DNA of 64,000 bases. Origin: the human T2T-CHM13v2.0 reference genome, Homo sapiens. Below are positions 12,326-27,603 of this stretch, piece by piece (the first letter of the stretch is position 1; the number at the start of each line of letters is the position of its first letter). Location of the stretch: the NCBI RefSeq assembly GCF_009914755.1, contig NC_060930.1. One strand, written 5' to 3'. Under the pieces are notes generated by a model. It was given only the letters and a program-made list of their open reading frames with translations, searched no databases and was not told where the DNA came from. Position numbers and translations under genes: made by a program.

Positions 12326-12861
12326 AACAGGTGATTTGGGAAACACACCCTGCTCAGAGCCCAAGACAATCCCAGCTGAAAATGCATTCCCGTAGCGGAA
12401 AGCATGCTAGAGTTCTGCCGTCAGGGCGCTGGTATGGATGAAATAACTTTTAGCAAAAGTGGGAAAAGGCTGAAGGCCTCACGATAAGTTACTGTGGACA
12501 GTAAGTGTGGTGGGGGAGGGGCTCTGACTCCCAGCAGGCACAAGTCACAAGGCCAGAGGCAATCCAAGCCATTTCTCACGTTTCCAACCCAGTCTTCTAA
12601 GGGGATTTCTCTCCATGGTAGCATTTGGTAATGGGAGCCGGCCAGGAAGCCAAAATTGCTTTCAAGTCATTCGGTGTTGGGCCAAGTTTTCTGAAACACA
12701 TCTATGTGTGAATAAAGGGAGACTTATGTATTCACACTGGAAATTTTATGGGGATCATTCTGATATTAGGAGACCATTTGCAAAAAATGGGATGTGGTAT
12801 AGAAAGATCTTTTAAGTGTAAAGAGTAACTAATTTGATTCATGTTATAACGGTGTCATTAA

Positions 12862-13150
<289 letters not shown>

Positions 13151-13224
13151 CTAAATTCTGTTTAGACAGAGAGAAGCTTTTGTTTCTGCCTGAGGTCATT
13201 AAGCATATGATTATCATTAATACA

Positions 13225-13576
13225 CAGGCATACTTCCGAGATACTGTGGGTTTGGTTCCAGACCACTGCAATAAAGATAATATCACAATAAAACAAGTCA
13301 CACAAATTTTTTTGTTCCCTAGTGAATATCAAAGTTATGTTTACACTATAGTCTATGAAATGTGCTACAGCATTACTTCTTTAAAAACAATGTACCTTAA
13401 TTAAAAAATATTTTATTGCTAAAAAGATGCTGACAGAGGGATACAAAGTAAGCACAAGCTGCTGGAAAAACCGCTAGACCTGCCAGATGCTGGGCTGCCA
13501 AAATCCTCAATCCGTAAAAAAATGCAGTATCTCCAAAGTGCAATAAAGTAAAGAGCAATCAAGCGAGGTGAGTCTG
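13225..13576 (-). mobile_element. Internally deleted Tigger1 (TcMar-Tigger) retaining both ends
   Basis: Starts caggcatacttccgagatactgtgggtttggttccagaccactgcaataaag and ends gcaataaag...gcgaggtgagtctg, i.e. both inverted termini within 350 bp. Confidence 0.75.
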
Positions 13577-13857
13577 TCAATAAACACTCTTAGCCAAGGA
13601 TGCACTGTCCAGCTAGTGTGCGGGTCACGTGTGCTTAGCATTAGACTCGGCGTTTCTATAAGGGCACAGACAAAAGGAGAACTCATGTTTTAGAGGAGGT
13701 GCACTGAACAACGGTCCCAACAGCTCCTCTAGAGTGACCCTTTGTCAGTGCCACTGATGCTGCTATCTAAGAGCCCTTGAGTAGCAGGAAGGAAAAGCCC
13801 AGCACGCCAAGGAATAATAGTGATTCTCTGAAGCTGGCATCAGGACGTCCCCCTTAC

Positions 13858-13954
13858 CTTGTGCAACGTGCAGCTCAAAGTTGCTTGCTGAGAGCTCATA
13901 CAGCCCTTGCTTGAGCTCGGGGGCACTGGGCGGTTCCACTTCCGGCTCTGGTGT
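13858..13954 (-). CDS. TXNDC5: TXNDC5 exon 4 (inter-domain linker, start of domain 2)
   Basis: ttag|ACA CCA GAG CCG ([32 protein letters not shown]); donor G|GTAAG; 97 nt. Confidence 0.95.
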
Positions 13955-14390
13955 CTAACAGGAGGAAATAAAACAGTCATGGGTGTGTCAGTGGAGACAC
14001 AGGGAAACCATCCAGGAGGTGACTGTGTCTGTGGGGAACCGCCTGCAGATGCCTCCCTCACCCAACAACCTGGAACCCTTGTACGATGCTGCTGTGCTGA
14101 GTGAGGCCAGGTCAGGAACTGATCTCGTCAAGCCCTCTGGAAGCTTCAGCAAAAAGCCCCCTCGTCAGCCTCACCCTCAGTGAAAGCTCTAGGTCTGAGT
14201 CTCCAGGGCAGCCAAGTGATAGCTGTCCCTACCCCAAAACCCAACCAAACAAAGCAGACAATGCAAAGGACAGTCTTACCCTATACCCTGTCCTCTTCTT
14301 TGAAACGTACTTGGATACTTCACAAAGAATACAAAATACAACGCCCAATGGACGTATTCTGAAGGGGTCAGCACTTGCAGACACCAGAGT

Positions 14391-14992
<602 letters not shown>

Positions 14993-16741
14993 TCATATGA
15001 CTAAGTCTCGTACAGAAAGAGGGGGAAAGGGGCTTTTCAAAAGATGCTTCTGCCAGGACCCAAGCAGACAGCAATGTGTGCAGCTGTCTAGTCACAATCC
15101 TACATTTCTCAACTTTTCAGACCAGGTACAGCTGTGGCTTCCAACCAAAGTAACCAGAAATGAGGGAAAGATAATGGAATCAGTGTTCTGCTGCAGACAC
15201 ATTAAGTGTATATTACTCAGCTTTTATCTGGGGGTTCATATTCCTATTAAAAAGAATATCCAAGCTAAGTTGTTAAAGGCTTTAAAGGTGCTGACAGTTC
15301 AAAGCTGTGCAGGGCTGGAATCATAAAGAACCACAAAGTTTCCCTTCTGCTGCCAGCGCGTCAAGACTTTCAAAGTGCTAAATACCCACACAAAACAATG
15401 CCCAAGGGAAGAATGGCTAAGTGAACAGTCAATGGGTGCACATAAGGTGAAATAAAATACCGTGTGCCACTCTCCATGAGATGTTCAAGGGCCTTTCAGT
15501 ATGAAGTGTTCATTTATGGCACATGCGGGGCCTCTAGTTGCTTCCTGGGTTCCTGGCAGACTCCAGAGCAGTCCCCCGGCACGGGAACACCACAGTGCAT
15601 CCCAGAAACAGGTCACGTCTTGCCCTACAGTGGCAGCATAAGCTGATATGGTGCTTAAGAAACCTGGCTATATTCATCAAGAGCCATAAAAATGATCTTT
15701 TTTTTTATTCTTGGCCTTATAATTTTATGTCTGGGAATACTATATTCTAAAAATATCACTCAAAAGAAGGGGGGGTGGAAAGTCCTTTACAAAGATAAAC
15801 TTGTTCCCTACATCATTACTGATGATGGAAAAGGTATAAATAACCTAAATATCCACTGACAGAATTAGAGTTGAATTATGGCAAATCCACATGATAAAAT
15901 AATATAAGACATGATCAATATAAAGACCACATAAATATATAAAATCATTAATGAGATGAAACATGTTTGTATAACTGTTCAAGAAAAAATACAGAAGCAA
16001 ACATGGAAATACAAAAATTGCAGTAGAATGTACAAAGTGACAAATTGTCTTTTGAGTTTCTTGAATATTGCCACAACACTTAAAAAAATCTAAATTTATC
16101 CCACGTGAATATTAAAAAATGTATGTACTAAGTTACTTAGGTATACAGATAAAGAACTTTTTTTAAAGTTTTCACTTAAAAAGCTAAGAGAATTCTGGTT
16201 TGCAGTATAAAGTGTATATACTTAAACTTTTCCACAATAAGGCGCATTGTCATTGTTTCTGGCAATTATCTGGGGCCTGCTATTGCTGGAGACACTAAAA
16301 TATGGTAAGTTGGTGACTGTGGTTCTGGGGTGGCATGGGGGGATTACACGCGGCCATCCTGCTCCCACACTGAGGAGACAGAAAGTCCCTTGCAGAGCCT
16401 GGACGCAGCCTCTCAGCCCTTTCCAACCTGCAGGTGAGGCCGCCACCTCCACTAAGGGAAATGGGCCATGAGATGAGGTCTTTCTGCCGTCCTGATACTG
16501 GCTGCTGGTTTCTTGAATAAAGCCATCATAGAAGACTGGCTTTTTTGGTGAAATTTATTTGAGGCTATTAACTCCTCCTTAAAATTGGTTTGCTACCATC
16601 CAATATATGTGTCCCCACAAAGAGAATATTTTCACAAAGGAAACAATGTCCAATTGAAAACTATGAAAGTCACACCTGCTCATTCAGCTTTCTTGCCAGG
16701 ACAAAGATGCAAATTTCCTGAGAGGTCTGTGGTTCTTTTAG

Positions 16742-17107
<366 letters not shown>

Positions 17108-18273
17108 GAGTTGAGAGAGTCTTTGCAGGTGAGGGATGGAAGCACTGAATCAGCAGCCAAGTTTCTGATTAGGTCATCAGAGAAGATGGGGCAGAGCGGA
17201 AGAGCCGCACAGACACACTGGAAACTGGCAACAGTAAGCGGCAAAGCTCCAAAAGGACCACCACAGACCACCTTCAAATCAGTGGGCGCTTAGCTGATAC
17301 AAGAAGGTAGTCTTAGGTATTTGTTGAAATTGAAATTACAAAGACTTCAGATGCTCTTCCTAGCTCATCAGGATCCTACAGTGTAGGAACACGGGTGTTT
17401 TTCCAGTCCCTCTCCAACACAGCAGCATGACCCACCAGGTCTACCCGGCATCCAGGGACCTGAGCACTCGGCATTAATCAGAAGGCACCACCCACAAAGG
17501 AACACTTAACCAGTGGTTTATGATCATGATTTATAAAAAAGTGAAGACTTCCAACATCAACTGGGGAGGGGGAGGATTATAAATCCTTTTTAGTACATAA
17601 TATTCTAAGAGTCTACAATCTCCTGATATTAGCCTTAGTAAGGGAAGTGCATTAAGACACAGAGTATTAATGGTACAAAATGATGTTATAAGCAAAGCCC
17701 ATTAGAGACTCGGGGACTGAGCACCGAGAAGAAAAGGAAGGATCCACCCTACGGGTACAGCTGTCGGGCTAGGCCCGAGCCAGAGGGCTGCAGGTGGTGG
17801 AGGGCAAAGGTCGGGGGGATGGGAGGAGGCTCCAGTGCTGGCTTGGATAGGAGATTCTAGGCTGGGCCCAGCCCTGACCCCAGGTGGTCCAGAGTCAGTC
17901 TCTGATGCTAGGGTACAGTTGTGAACTGTATTACCTGTGACAGTGGCAGGGTGGCAGTGTTAACAAAGAGTAAGTGCTTATCTGTGAGGCCACACAAGTG
18001 ACTTCCCTGAAGACTGACTACAGCCAAACAAGGCGCAGGGTGGCGGGGAAGACAAACACCAAAATGGTGGTAACTGCTGAAACTGAGGGTTTAGCCTTCT
18101 CTTGACTTTTGTGCACATTTAGGTATTTCCACACCAAAAAGTTTCTGTAAAAGTTCATCTTTACCTATAATATCAATAAGCTCCAAAAAAAGTAGAGTTG
18201 CTTTAAAATGGCAGCCTTAATCATTAACCTCAACTGGCCTCTGCCCCGTTACATATTACCCCAAAGATGTAGG

Positions 18274-18313
18274 CAGGGAGAGAGGGAGGGAGGGAGGGAG
18301 GGAGGGAAGGAGG
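18274..18313. repeat. (GGGA)n purine tract next to the exon 3 donor
   Basis: agggagagagggagggagggagggagggagggaaggagg. Confidence 0.85.
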
Positions 18314-18324
18314 TAGACACTCAC

Positions 18325-18430
18325 CACTGGCTCCTCGTTCAGTGTCTGCAGCATCCAGTTTTCCAGTGTCTGGAAGTCCCGAGGACCCTGGTACTTCACA
18401 GCTTCTTGGCCTGGCTTGAAAAGCTTTAAG
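18325..18430 (-). CDS. TXNDC5: TXNDC5 exon 3
   Basis: tcag|C TTA AAG... [35 protein letters not shown]; donor GTG|GTGAGT; 106 nt. Confidence 0.96.
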
Positions 18431-19360
18431 CTGAAAGAATAACAAAGGATTAGACAGAGCAAAAAGAAAGTTGTCTTATCAGAGAGCAAACTCATTTAGT
18501 GAAACAATCAGAAAATGAGCTGTCAAGGGGCTGCAGCCAGGCACGTATCTGCTCCTCTCTGATAAAAAGGAAACAAACATAACGTTCCAGGAGATAATAC
18601 ATTCAGTTAATCCTAAACTTTCAGAAGTTTCTGGTTTTATTCAAGGAAAACTAAAATGAGGTGAAAACTTCCAGCCCGCTGCTGTGACTGAGGCCTCAAA
18701 AGCTACAGTACTCAGTGCTCCTCTGCAGCAGCCTCGGGCCTTCCCTGCAAGCTACTGTTATGCTTTCCCGGCTTCAGCAGTTGTTGTGTCTGTGTTCAAA
18801 TTAGGACTGGAGCAGACACGGTGTTGTTTTGCAATTAAGGTATTCTTCCAGGCCACCTGGCAGGTATTCAACTCTTACAAGGCCTGAATATCCAGTTACT
18901 GTGAGAATTCAAGTTTCCAGCTATAAGAACATCCTTGACATTGACTGATGCTGTCCATTCACCTTCCCATAGAGAAGGAATCTTTTCTTTTTCCTACAAA
19001 TGCTGGCCTCTGAAGGAATCTGCAGAGAGGATACGGGAGTAGGTCCTTTAACCATAAGCAAAAGACATCACCAGAGGATGAAATTAACACTCAGTTCCTG
19101 TATCCCTCCAGCAGTCACGGGAAAACGTGCTCTAATACTCTAGATAAAAATTCATAGAAGGTGTCAAGGATAGGCAAAAATGTGACTACCAATAGAAGAA
19201 AAAAGAAATACAGAGTACCATTTGTTGGCAAGCCTGCTCATCTAAACACCCCTGCCACTTCTACAGCGCGTATGTGGATTTTGTGAGTAAATGCCCAATG
19301 TACGGTATCAGAATTGTAAGACGGCAACATATGTAAAATCTGACATGAAGGTTTGAATAG

Positions 19361-19705
19361 TGTCTTAGTTCAACGGCTGTAACAGAAGACCACAGATTGG
19401 GTGTCTTAGAAACAACAGAATCTATTTCGCCTAGCTCTAGAGACTGGGAAGTCTGAGATCAAGGTGCCAGCAGAGTCAGTGTCTGGTGAGGGCTTTCTGG
19501 TTCACAGATGGTGTCTTCTTGCTGTGCCCTCACATGGCAAAAGGGGAAACAGAACTCTCTGGGGCCTCTTTCATAAGGTATGCAACCCTATTCATGAGAG
19601 CTCCACCCTAATAACCTGCTCCCTCTCAAAGGCCCCACCTCCTATTGCCAGCATTGGGGATTAGGATTTCCCCTATGAATGCTGGGGTACACACACATTC
19701 AGTCC
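19361..19705 (-). mobile_element. MLT1A-type (ERVL-MaLR) LTR
   Basis: tgtcttagtt...ggctgtaacag...ctgggaagtctgagatcaaggtgccagcag...acattcagtcc. Confidence 0.8.
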
Positions 19706-20598
19706 AAAAAAAAAATGGCTAATTCTCCTTAAAATGAAGTCACATGGCTAGATTAGGCTTTGAAATTAGTATCAGCATACTGGCCTTACCCAGAACCTAA
19801 GATGGTATGATGGGGCATAGGTAGGGTCCCTAATGTGTCTCCAGTGCAGAATATACACCCAGCTTCCTCAGCAGCTCAGACTCTCATAACCACAAAAAAC
19901 AGCCAAAACTTAACTAGATTTGGCCAGTACACCGGCTACGTCACGAAGTTCAACATGATAAGCAACTGCAACATCTGCGGTATCAAAGATGATTGCCCTC
20001 ACCTAGCCTGGCACCTCCCCAGGCTCCCACAAGGTGTGTTCCGCACCTGGAAACAGAAACTGCTTCCTGCACGGCTCTGCCTCCCGCTAACGCTCTTCAG
20101 GAAGGGAAATGGGTGGATCCTCAAGACATCAGAAAGGACCAGGGACGGTCACACTTGTGTCTTTGCTAAAAGTAAAATACAGTAAGACCTAGCCTATGAT
20201 TTTTTTGTAATTTGCTATTCATTTGCAAAACAAATAATTTAAAAAAAACCATCTTCTTGTTGTTGGACTGATAATCGTTCTAACCTGCCCAGGAAGTCTG
20301 AGATTCTTCCTCGGTAAGTTCACAGAGCCCAGGGACAGAGCGGACACTTCTGGTCCAGACCTTGCAGTGAGTTTGGGACATCTGACTTCAATTCTCACTG
20401 TCGACAGGGGTGAGGGAGGTGATGGAGACTGGGCCACAGGGTACAAGCCCAAACAAAGTATTGCCCCAGATTTCCGCTATTACCAAGCCTCCACATGGGC
20501 ATTTGAGTCTCCTTTTTCAAGGAGACTGCAGGGAGAAAATCCCCATGTAGGTACTGCCTTGGCAAACAGCATGATGAAAGTTCTACTACCGTAGACAG

Positions 20599-21049
20599 TG
20601 TTATCAGTTGAACTGTGTCCTGCAAGACAGATCTGTGTAAGTCATAACCATCAATCTCAGAAGGTGACCTTATTTAGAATAAGGTCTTTACAGATATATT
20701 CAAGTTAAAATGAGGTCACTAGGATGGGCCCCAATCTAGCATGACTGGTGTCCTTGTAAGAAGGGTTTGGACACAGAGAGACACACACACACAGAGAGAG
20801 AAGGGCATGTGAGGACAGAGGACGGCAGTGATGCATCTACAAGCCAAGGAACGCCAAAGATGACCAGGAAACCAACAGGAGCCAGGACGAGGCAAGGGAG
20901 GATTCCCCTACAGGTTTCAGAGGGAGCATGACCCTGCTGGCTCCTTGATTTAGGACCTCTGGCCTCCAGGACTGCAGAGAATACATTTCTATTGTTTCTG
21001 GCCACCCGGTTTGTGGAACTTTGTTACAGCAGCCTAGGAAACTAACACA
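20599..21049 (+). mobile_element. MLT1B/C-type LTR
   Basis: tgttat..ttgaactgtgtcc ... ctacaagccaaggaacgcc ... tttgttacagcagcctaggaaactaacaca. Confidence 0.85.
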
Positions 21050-22179
21050 GGTAGTTCCCCCCGTCAGTCCTGCCCTGCTGTAATGATTCATGACTGGCCC
21101 AACAGGAAGACCTCAAAACATTTTCCTGAGCACAGCCAGCCATCTCTAGGGAGCGTGGGAGCCCAAACTCCCTGCCCCTCCAATCCTTTACTCCAGTTAC
21201 ACTTGCCAGGAAAGAATAACGTGAAAGCTCATGTCCTGACACATGCCTGGACTCAGGCAGGTACAGTCGTCACCTGCCTCGGGCCTCACAACCACTCTAT
21301 GGGATGGGCACTTGTCTTAGAGGAGTCAAAGCTCGCTCAAGTCAATCTACAGATGCCCCAGTGCGACCACATTGCACACAGCACATTCCACCTCCTGCAT
21401 TCTCGGGGGGAAAATAATCTGTTCTTGGAGCTTCTGCAGGGCAGTGATGGTCACAGAGGTTCCTTCCCAAACTGTGTTCAGTGTGGTGTACGTTCATTTT
21501 TGTTCTTTTTAATAACACAAAACCAGCCATGGTTTACTTGGGGAGACCAGCTCTTCTCATTAAAAATCTAAACACATGATCCAACATGGGCCTTTTTAAA
21601 TTTGTGACTTTTTACATTTGTGACTTTTTAAATCTGTGATGGTTTTTGGTGAATACCAACTATGGAGTAGCTGATATTGCAGCTGACAGCTGTTATGGCC
21701 AGGCTGAGGTGGAAGCCTTCACTTCCTTCTCTGAAGCCCCATAACACATACCACTCTCAGCTCCATTACAGGTCCTGTGTCACCTTCCCTGTGGCATGGT
21801 GTGTGATGCACATAGTCTCAGGCCACAGATGGTCAGCAGGTTAAGAGGAAAGACACCACAGCCAGCTCACCCCTGCTGCCCCTGAACTTTGAAAGCAACA
21901 GTCTCTCAACAGGTAAGCATTCACCTCCTCGCCCTCATCTCTGCTCACTACCTGCTTCTTTGGGATGCTCTTGATCCATACTTTCAATGCAATACTATAA
22001 AGCATAGAATAGTTAATGCTTTTACGTAGATACAGATAAGCAATTTTATCTCCATTGATCTGATTTAAAGTAAACCCAAATTATGGCACTTACATTAGCA
22101 AGCAGTCACCAAAGACCAAGAATTCCAGGGTCCTTTGTGGAAACACCCACATTTCCAAATGGTAGGGAAAACCCTAACA

Positions 22180-22350
22180 TGTATTGGGTGTGCTCAGATT
22201 GGTGTCTGCACACATTCCATGTAAGTCCTGTAACAATGTTTGGGGGATCACCTTACTTACAGGTTAAGTGATGAGGTCAGAGCTGGGTGGTAAGTAAATG
22301 GTAGAGCTGGGATTTGACTACGACTTCTAGGTTCAAGCCTGGAGATCCCT
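22180..22350 (-). mobile_element. MIR fragment
   Basis: gtaaatggtagagctgggatttga matches the MIR core. Confidence 0.45.
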
Positions 22351-23322
22351 CCACTTTTCTGCCTCCCAGGTTTGAATATAAGCTCCAATTTTTTGCTTTA
22401 TTGATGGACCCCTATATTATTCAATTAAGCAATAAATTGTATAGAATTGACTTCATTCCTCAATTGAAACAAACAGCAAGGAAGTGACCGTGGCAATCCC
22501 TCCACCTCCTTCAGAAACAGCTTCTTCTCTTTTTTGAAGAACTGCTTTTCCCTCCAACACTTGGCACATGGTGTGAATGGGCATGTGTCTTGCTATAAGC
22601 TCCTGTTTCCCTGGCCACAGTGACTATTCCTGGAACGAACATTCCAGCCAAGCAGGGCCAGTCAGTGGTGGGCCCTTCTGTGCAAACAGAGATACAGGCC
22701 TGGAAAGCCGTCATCTCAAGGGAGGTGCAGGAGAAACAGACCCCAGGCCCCTGGAGCTGGCTCTCAGAGGTTCCTCCACAGCCTTTTAAATAGTCCTTTC
22801 TTTCTGTTTAATAAGAGAACAATTCTATTTCTAGAATTGAGAACATTTCAATTTCTATTTCTTATAACCAAAAAAATTCTTAACTGTCAAGGAAGTAAGT
22901 ATCATCGTCTGTCAGACTCTATACTTTCTTTCCAACAGGAACAGCCCTGTGGGAGTCACACGGGAAGGAACTATAGGAAGGGTGTTTGCGAATAAGTCAC
23001 CAGCAAAAGCAAGCCAAAACTGATGACAGTCCATGCACACTGTGTAAAATGTACCGGTGAACATCTAGCATGGCGGGACCGTCATTTTTCTCTTGCAAAC
23101 ACATTCTCTTATAAACAGGAAAACCCAACACTGATGAATTAAAGGTTATCCAAGTATAAAAGCCATCTAAAACAGACACAGCATTAAATGCAGTTTCTCC
23201 CTAATGACAGGGACTGCCTGCTTAAATTTAGTATCTCTTCACACCTTTACCAAAAGTTTAACTAGGACTTTCTTTGTAGCCAGGAGCCACCTAGGAAGTG
23301 TGCCCCCTTCCTTCCAACTTAC

Positions 23323-23472
23323 GTGGGGTATCCTCGCACCCCCTGGGCGGAGCACACGTCGGAGTGGGCCGTGCAGTCCACTTTAGCCACATAGACTTTG
23401 GCATCTTCCATGCTGTTGTATTTGTCTCCCAGGTCATTCCAAGTCGGCTGCAGCCGCTGGCAGTGTCCACAC
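23323..23472 (-). CDS. TXNDC5: TXNDC5 exon 2 (CGHC active site 1)
   Basis: ccag|G TGT GGA CAC TGC ... VRGYPT; donor AC|GTAAG; 150 nt. Confidence 0.97.
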
Positions 23473-23610
23473 CTGGAACAAGGCAAGAGTACAAGCACAT
23501 TGAGTATCAGGTCACAGGGCAGCTGGCCCACAACTTCAGCTCTGTCCAGGGGACAATGGGGCTCTCAGTCCTTTCTTTACACCATTGCAGATGGCAGCTC
23601 CTGGACCAGT

Positions 23611-23835
23611 ACTCCAGGACCTCTCTCCCCTGCTCCCATCCCTCCAGAGTCACTGCCCTGTTCTCAGCATGAAATCTTGGCCTTGTTCCAGTATTAAACT
23701 TAGCAAAGTGTTGTTCTGGATCCTAGTTGTTCTGGCCCTGCTGACCTCCCGCTTGACTTCTATCCCAGAGTCCACCCTCCTTCCCTTGTGGCCTACTCCT
23801 GAGCCCTACTGCAGCATCTGCAGTGTTCCCAAAGG
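23611..23835 (+). repeat. Copy 1 of a diverged ~220-bp dispersed direct repeat
   Basis: Colinear blocks shared with 26449-26661. Confidence 0.85.
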
Positions 23836-24708
23836 ACTATAGCTTGGCTTGGCCCTGGGACACATTCTCTCTGACACTTCGTCCCTAAACTCCACCTAGC
23901 TAAATCTATCTGCCCTTCAGGTTTAGTTTGGGTGTCACTTCCTCTAGCAAGTTGGCCCTGACTCCCCGGGCTGTTCAGCACCCATTCTCTTCTCCTGCCC
24001 TTCTGGAAAGCCTCTCTACTCCTCCCTTGGACAGTAGCTTAGCACTTCCTGCTGTATCTGCTACTTTTATTCGTCAAGTCTCCTCCACTATATAACCAAA
24101 TGGCTACAAACATAAGGCAATCTCAAAATTTAATCACCTGCAATTTTCTCCAATGAGAAGGGGAAAAAAAAAGTTTGTGGCCACCTATACTTCTAGGGTT
24201 GAAGTAAGCAAATGTCTATTCTTAGTATTCATTGTATGAATTCAGTTATGTATAAATATTTTAAAATCACCCATCATTTAAAATAGTATCTTAACTAGGC
24301 TTCTTGCCATGCTTCACATTTCATGAGGATATCAGCATCTTTCCCAACACTAGACCTTAAGTCATACAGCTGACCACAGCTCTTGCTGTGTTCTCTGGAC
24401 AGTATGTCTACAGTGCCATACTCGAATTTTGAATGAGACAACCCTAGAAACTTTATCCCAGGTTTCAACTACAATCCCATAGCATTATGACACATGGGTT
24501 TGTTTGCTATTTAATATGGCAGGAACACACTGATGCCTACAATGTAACCACTTTGCTGTATCGCTTTTTAAAATGCTTTTTTTTTAAACACACTTGCTTA
24601 TATGAACACTCAACGCTTAGAATTGTGACTTCTTCCTCAAAATAATTTAATAATCTGTTAAATCTCCTTTTATTTTCTGACAGATTACCTCAAAAATAAG
24701 CATTTAAG

Positions 24709-24997
24709 TCGGTAGCAGTGGCTCATGCCTGTAATCCCAGCACTTTGGGAGGCCAAGGCAGGAGAGCTGCTTGAGCCCAGGGGTTCAAGACTGGCCTGGG
24801 CAACACAGTGAGACCCCCATCTACAAAAAATTTTAAAAAATTAGCCTGGTGTGGTGGCACACACCTGCAGTCCTAGCTACCTGGGAGGCTGAGGCAGAGG
24901 GATCACTTGAGGCCAGAAGTTTGAGGCTGCAGCGAGCTATGATCACACCACTGCACTCCAGCCTGGGTGACAGAGATTTTGTCTCTTAAGAAAAAAA
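24709..24997 (+). mobile_element. Alu (AluJ-like)
   Basis: Full dimer with short A tail. Confidence 0.92.
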
Positions 24998-25005
24998 GGA
25001 TTTAA

Positions 25006-25319
<314 letters not shown>

Positions 25320-26448
25320 TTAAAGGTAGCACTGAAAAAGTCTGCTTCAAGTTAATGTGTCTTCCCTAAACAGCACTTTCTTGGCCAGCTAAGAGAATCC
25401 CTGCTTTATGAGATACTCAGATACAAAAAAAAAAGCACAATGAAACTATACATGCAGATTTAACTTCTGTAGATTCAACAAAGTGAGTTTATGTGGCGGG
25501 GGAGAAGGAAACAAGAAAAAAAAAAAGGCAATTCCCACAGAACCCTGAAGTGTGTGCAAGCTGGGAGATGTGAGGTTTTTGTTCCTCAGCAGGCCTTGGT
25601 TCCTACATGCTTCTCATGGCATGAGCATCTCTCCGACTACATTAAGTGTGACCCTGTTGTCTAAAGGCACAGGTTTGAGAACTAGTCCATTTGGTGTTTA
25701 ACCAAAGAAGCCATGATAGTTCTAATGCTGGAGGAAACGCTGGCAGTGGGGACTGACTGACTGACTGGGGCGGTGTCCAACAAGGCACCTTCCTAAGGGA
25801 CTGTCAAGGGCAGTTCTGACCTTCAGGGGACTTTGATCAGATATGCTCATTCTGGAACTTTAGAACTCCTCTGCAATCTTGACAAGGTTTTGTTTTGCTA
25901 CTGCTTTTTTTTTCCCTTTTTTTTTTTTGAGAAAACACAAGATTAGATTAAGAATGAGAATAAACAATAAATAAGTTTGTGGTGCGCTAAATCAAAACTG
26001 ACCATTCTGGGCCATCACCAAGTTGGGCGTGCCCTTGCTCCTGGCTGTGATGGGGCCACAGGTGCTATCTAGTCGGCCCTGCGGCTACAGCACCCAACTC
26101 TGAGACAGGCAGCTGCACTCAGAAGGTAGCCTGTGGCCAAGAAGTAGAGCAAAGCTACCTGGTCCAAATCTTGACCTCACTGTCACCAGGTTCAGGGTGA
26201 CTCACAAACTGGCCATACAGAAGTTGTGACCTGATGTTGGCAAAAAATCTACAGCAGCAGGATAACCCTGCAGAAGCCAAGTGCAGGGCAAAAATACACA
26301 GATTGATGTTTTTGTTACAGGGGCCCCAGCCCCTTAATCACACGTGGGCTTTCACCACTCCACGGCAGCTGAAACTGGAAAAAGGTATGTGTGTGTTGAG
26401 GGGGAGTCCACTGAGTCTTCTATCTGAGCTCCAAACGCTCAGCTCACC

Positions 26449-26661
26449 ACTCCAGGACCTCCTTCCCTCTCCTGCATAGACCCCTCCAGAGTCACCACCT
26501 TGCTCTCAGCCTTACAACTTACCAAAGTGTTGTGCCAGGTATTGTTGGTCCTACTTGATCTTGCCCCTGCTGACCTCCCATTTGACTCGCCGCCCACTCA
26601 GCCTCCTTTCCTGGCAGCCTATTCCTGAGCCCTACTGCAGTATCTGCAGTTTTCTGAAAGG
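26449..26661 (+). repeat. Copy 2 of a diverged ~220-bp dispersed direct repeat
   Basis: actccaggacctc / ccctccagagtcac / caaagtgttgt / ccctgctgacctccc / tcctgagccctactgcag.atctgcagt shared with 23611-23835. Confidence 0.85.
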
Positions 26662-26755
26662 GCCCTCTTAAAAGTCCAACTTAAACACCATCATAGAAAC
26701 CCACATATCTCTGTTTAAGTATTTGTAGTAGACTATCAAGAAGTCAACAAATATG

Positions 26756-27068
<313 letters not shown>

Positions 27069-27289
27069 CTAATTATTCTGGAAGCATCCAGCTAAATGTC
27101 TACAAGCCACATATAATGGAAAAGGAATTTACTTAATACCAAGTGCCCAGATGTGCCAGTTTTCTCTCACTCAGCCCAGGACTAGCTGGTATTTATTGCA
27201 AAGATTCTAAACTTAAAATTCCTTTGGCACTGTGGGGACTTATTACATCTGCATGTCAGTTTTTCTTTAAAAAAAAAAAAAAGTAAAGA

Positions 27290-27603
27290 ATGGGATGCGA
27301 TGGCTCATGCCTGTAATCTCAGTACTTTGGGAGGCCAGGGCAGAAGTACTGATTGAGGCCAGGAGTTTGAGACCAGCCCCGGCAACATAGCGAGACCCTG
27401 TTTCTACCAACTACAACAAAAACAACAACAACAAAATAAGCTGGGTGTGATGACCTGCGCCTGTAGTCACAGCTACTTCAGAGGCTGAGGCAGGAGAATC
27501 ACTTGAGCCCAGGAGTTAGAGGCTACAGTGAGCTGCGGCTGCGTACCACTGGTTTCAGGCTGGGTAACAGAGCAAGATCCCATCTCTAAAATAAATAAAT
27601 AAT
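27290..27603 (+). mobile_element. Alu (AluJ-like)
   Basis: Diverged dimer; (AAC)n middle linker; (AAAT)n tail. Confidence 0.9.
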
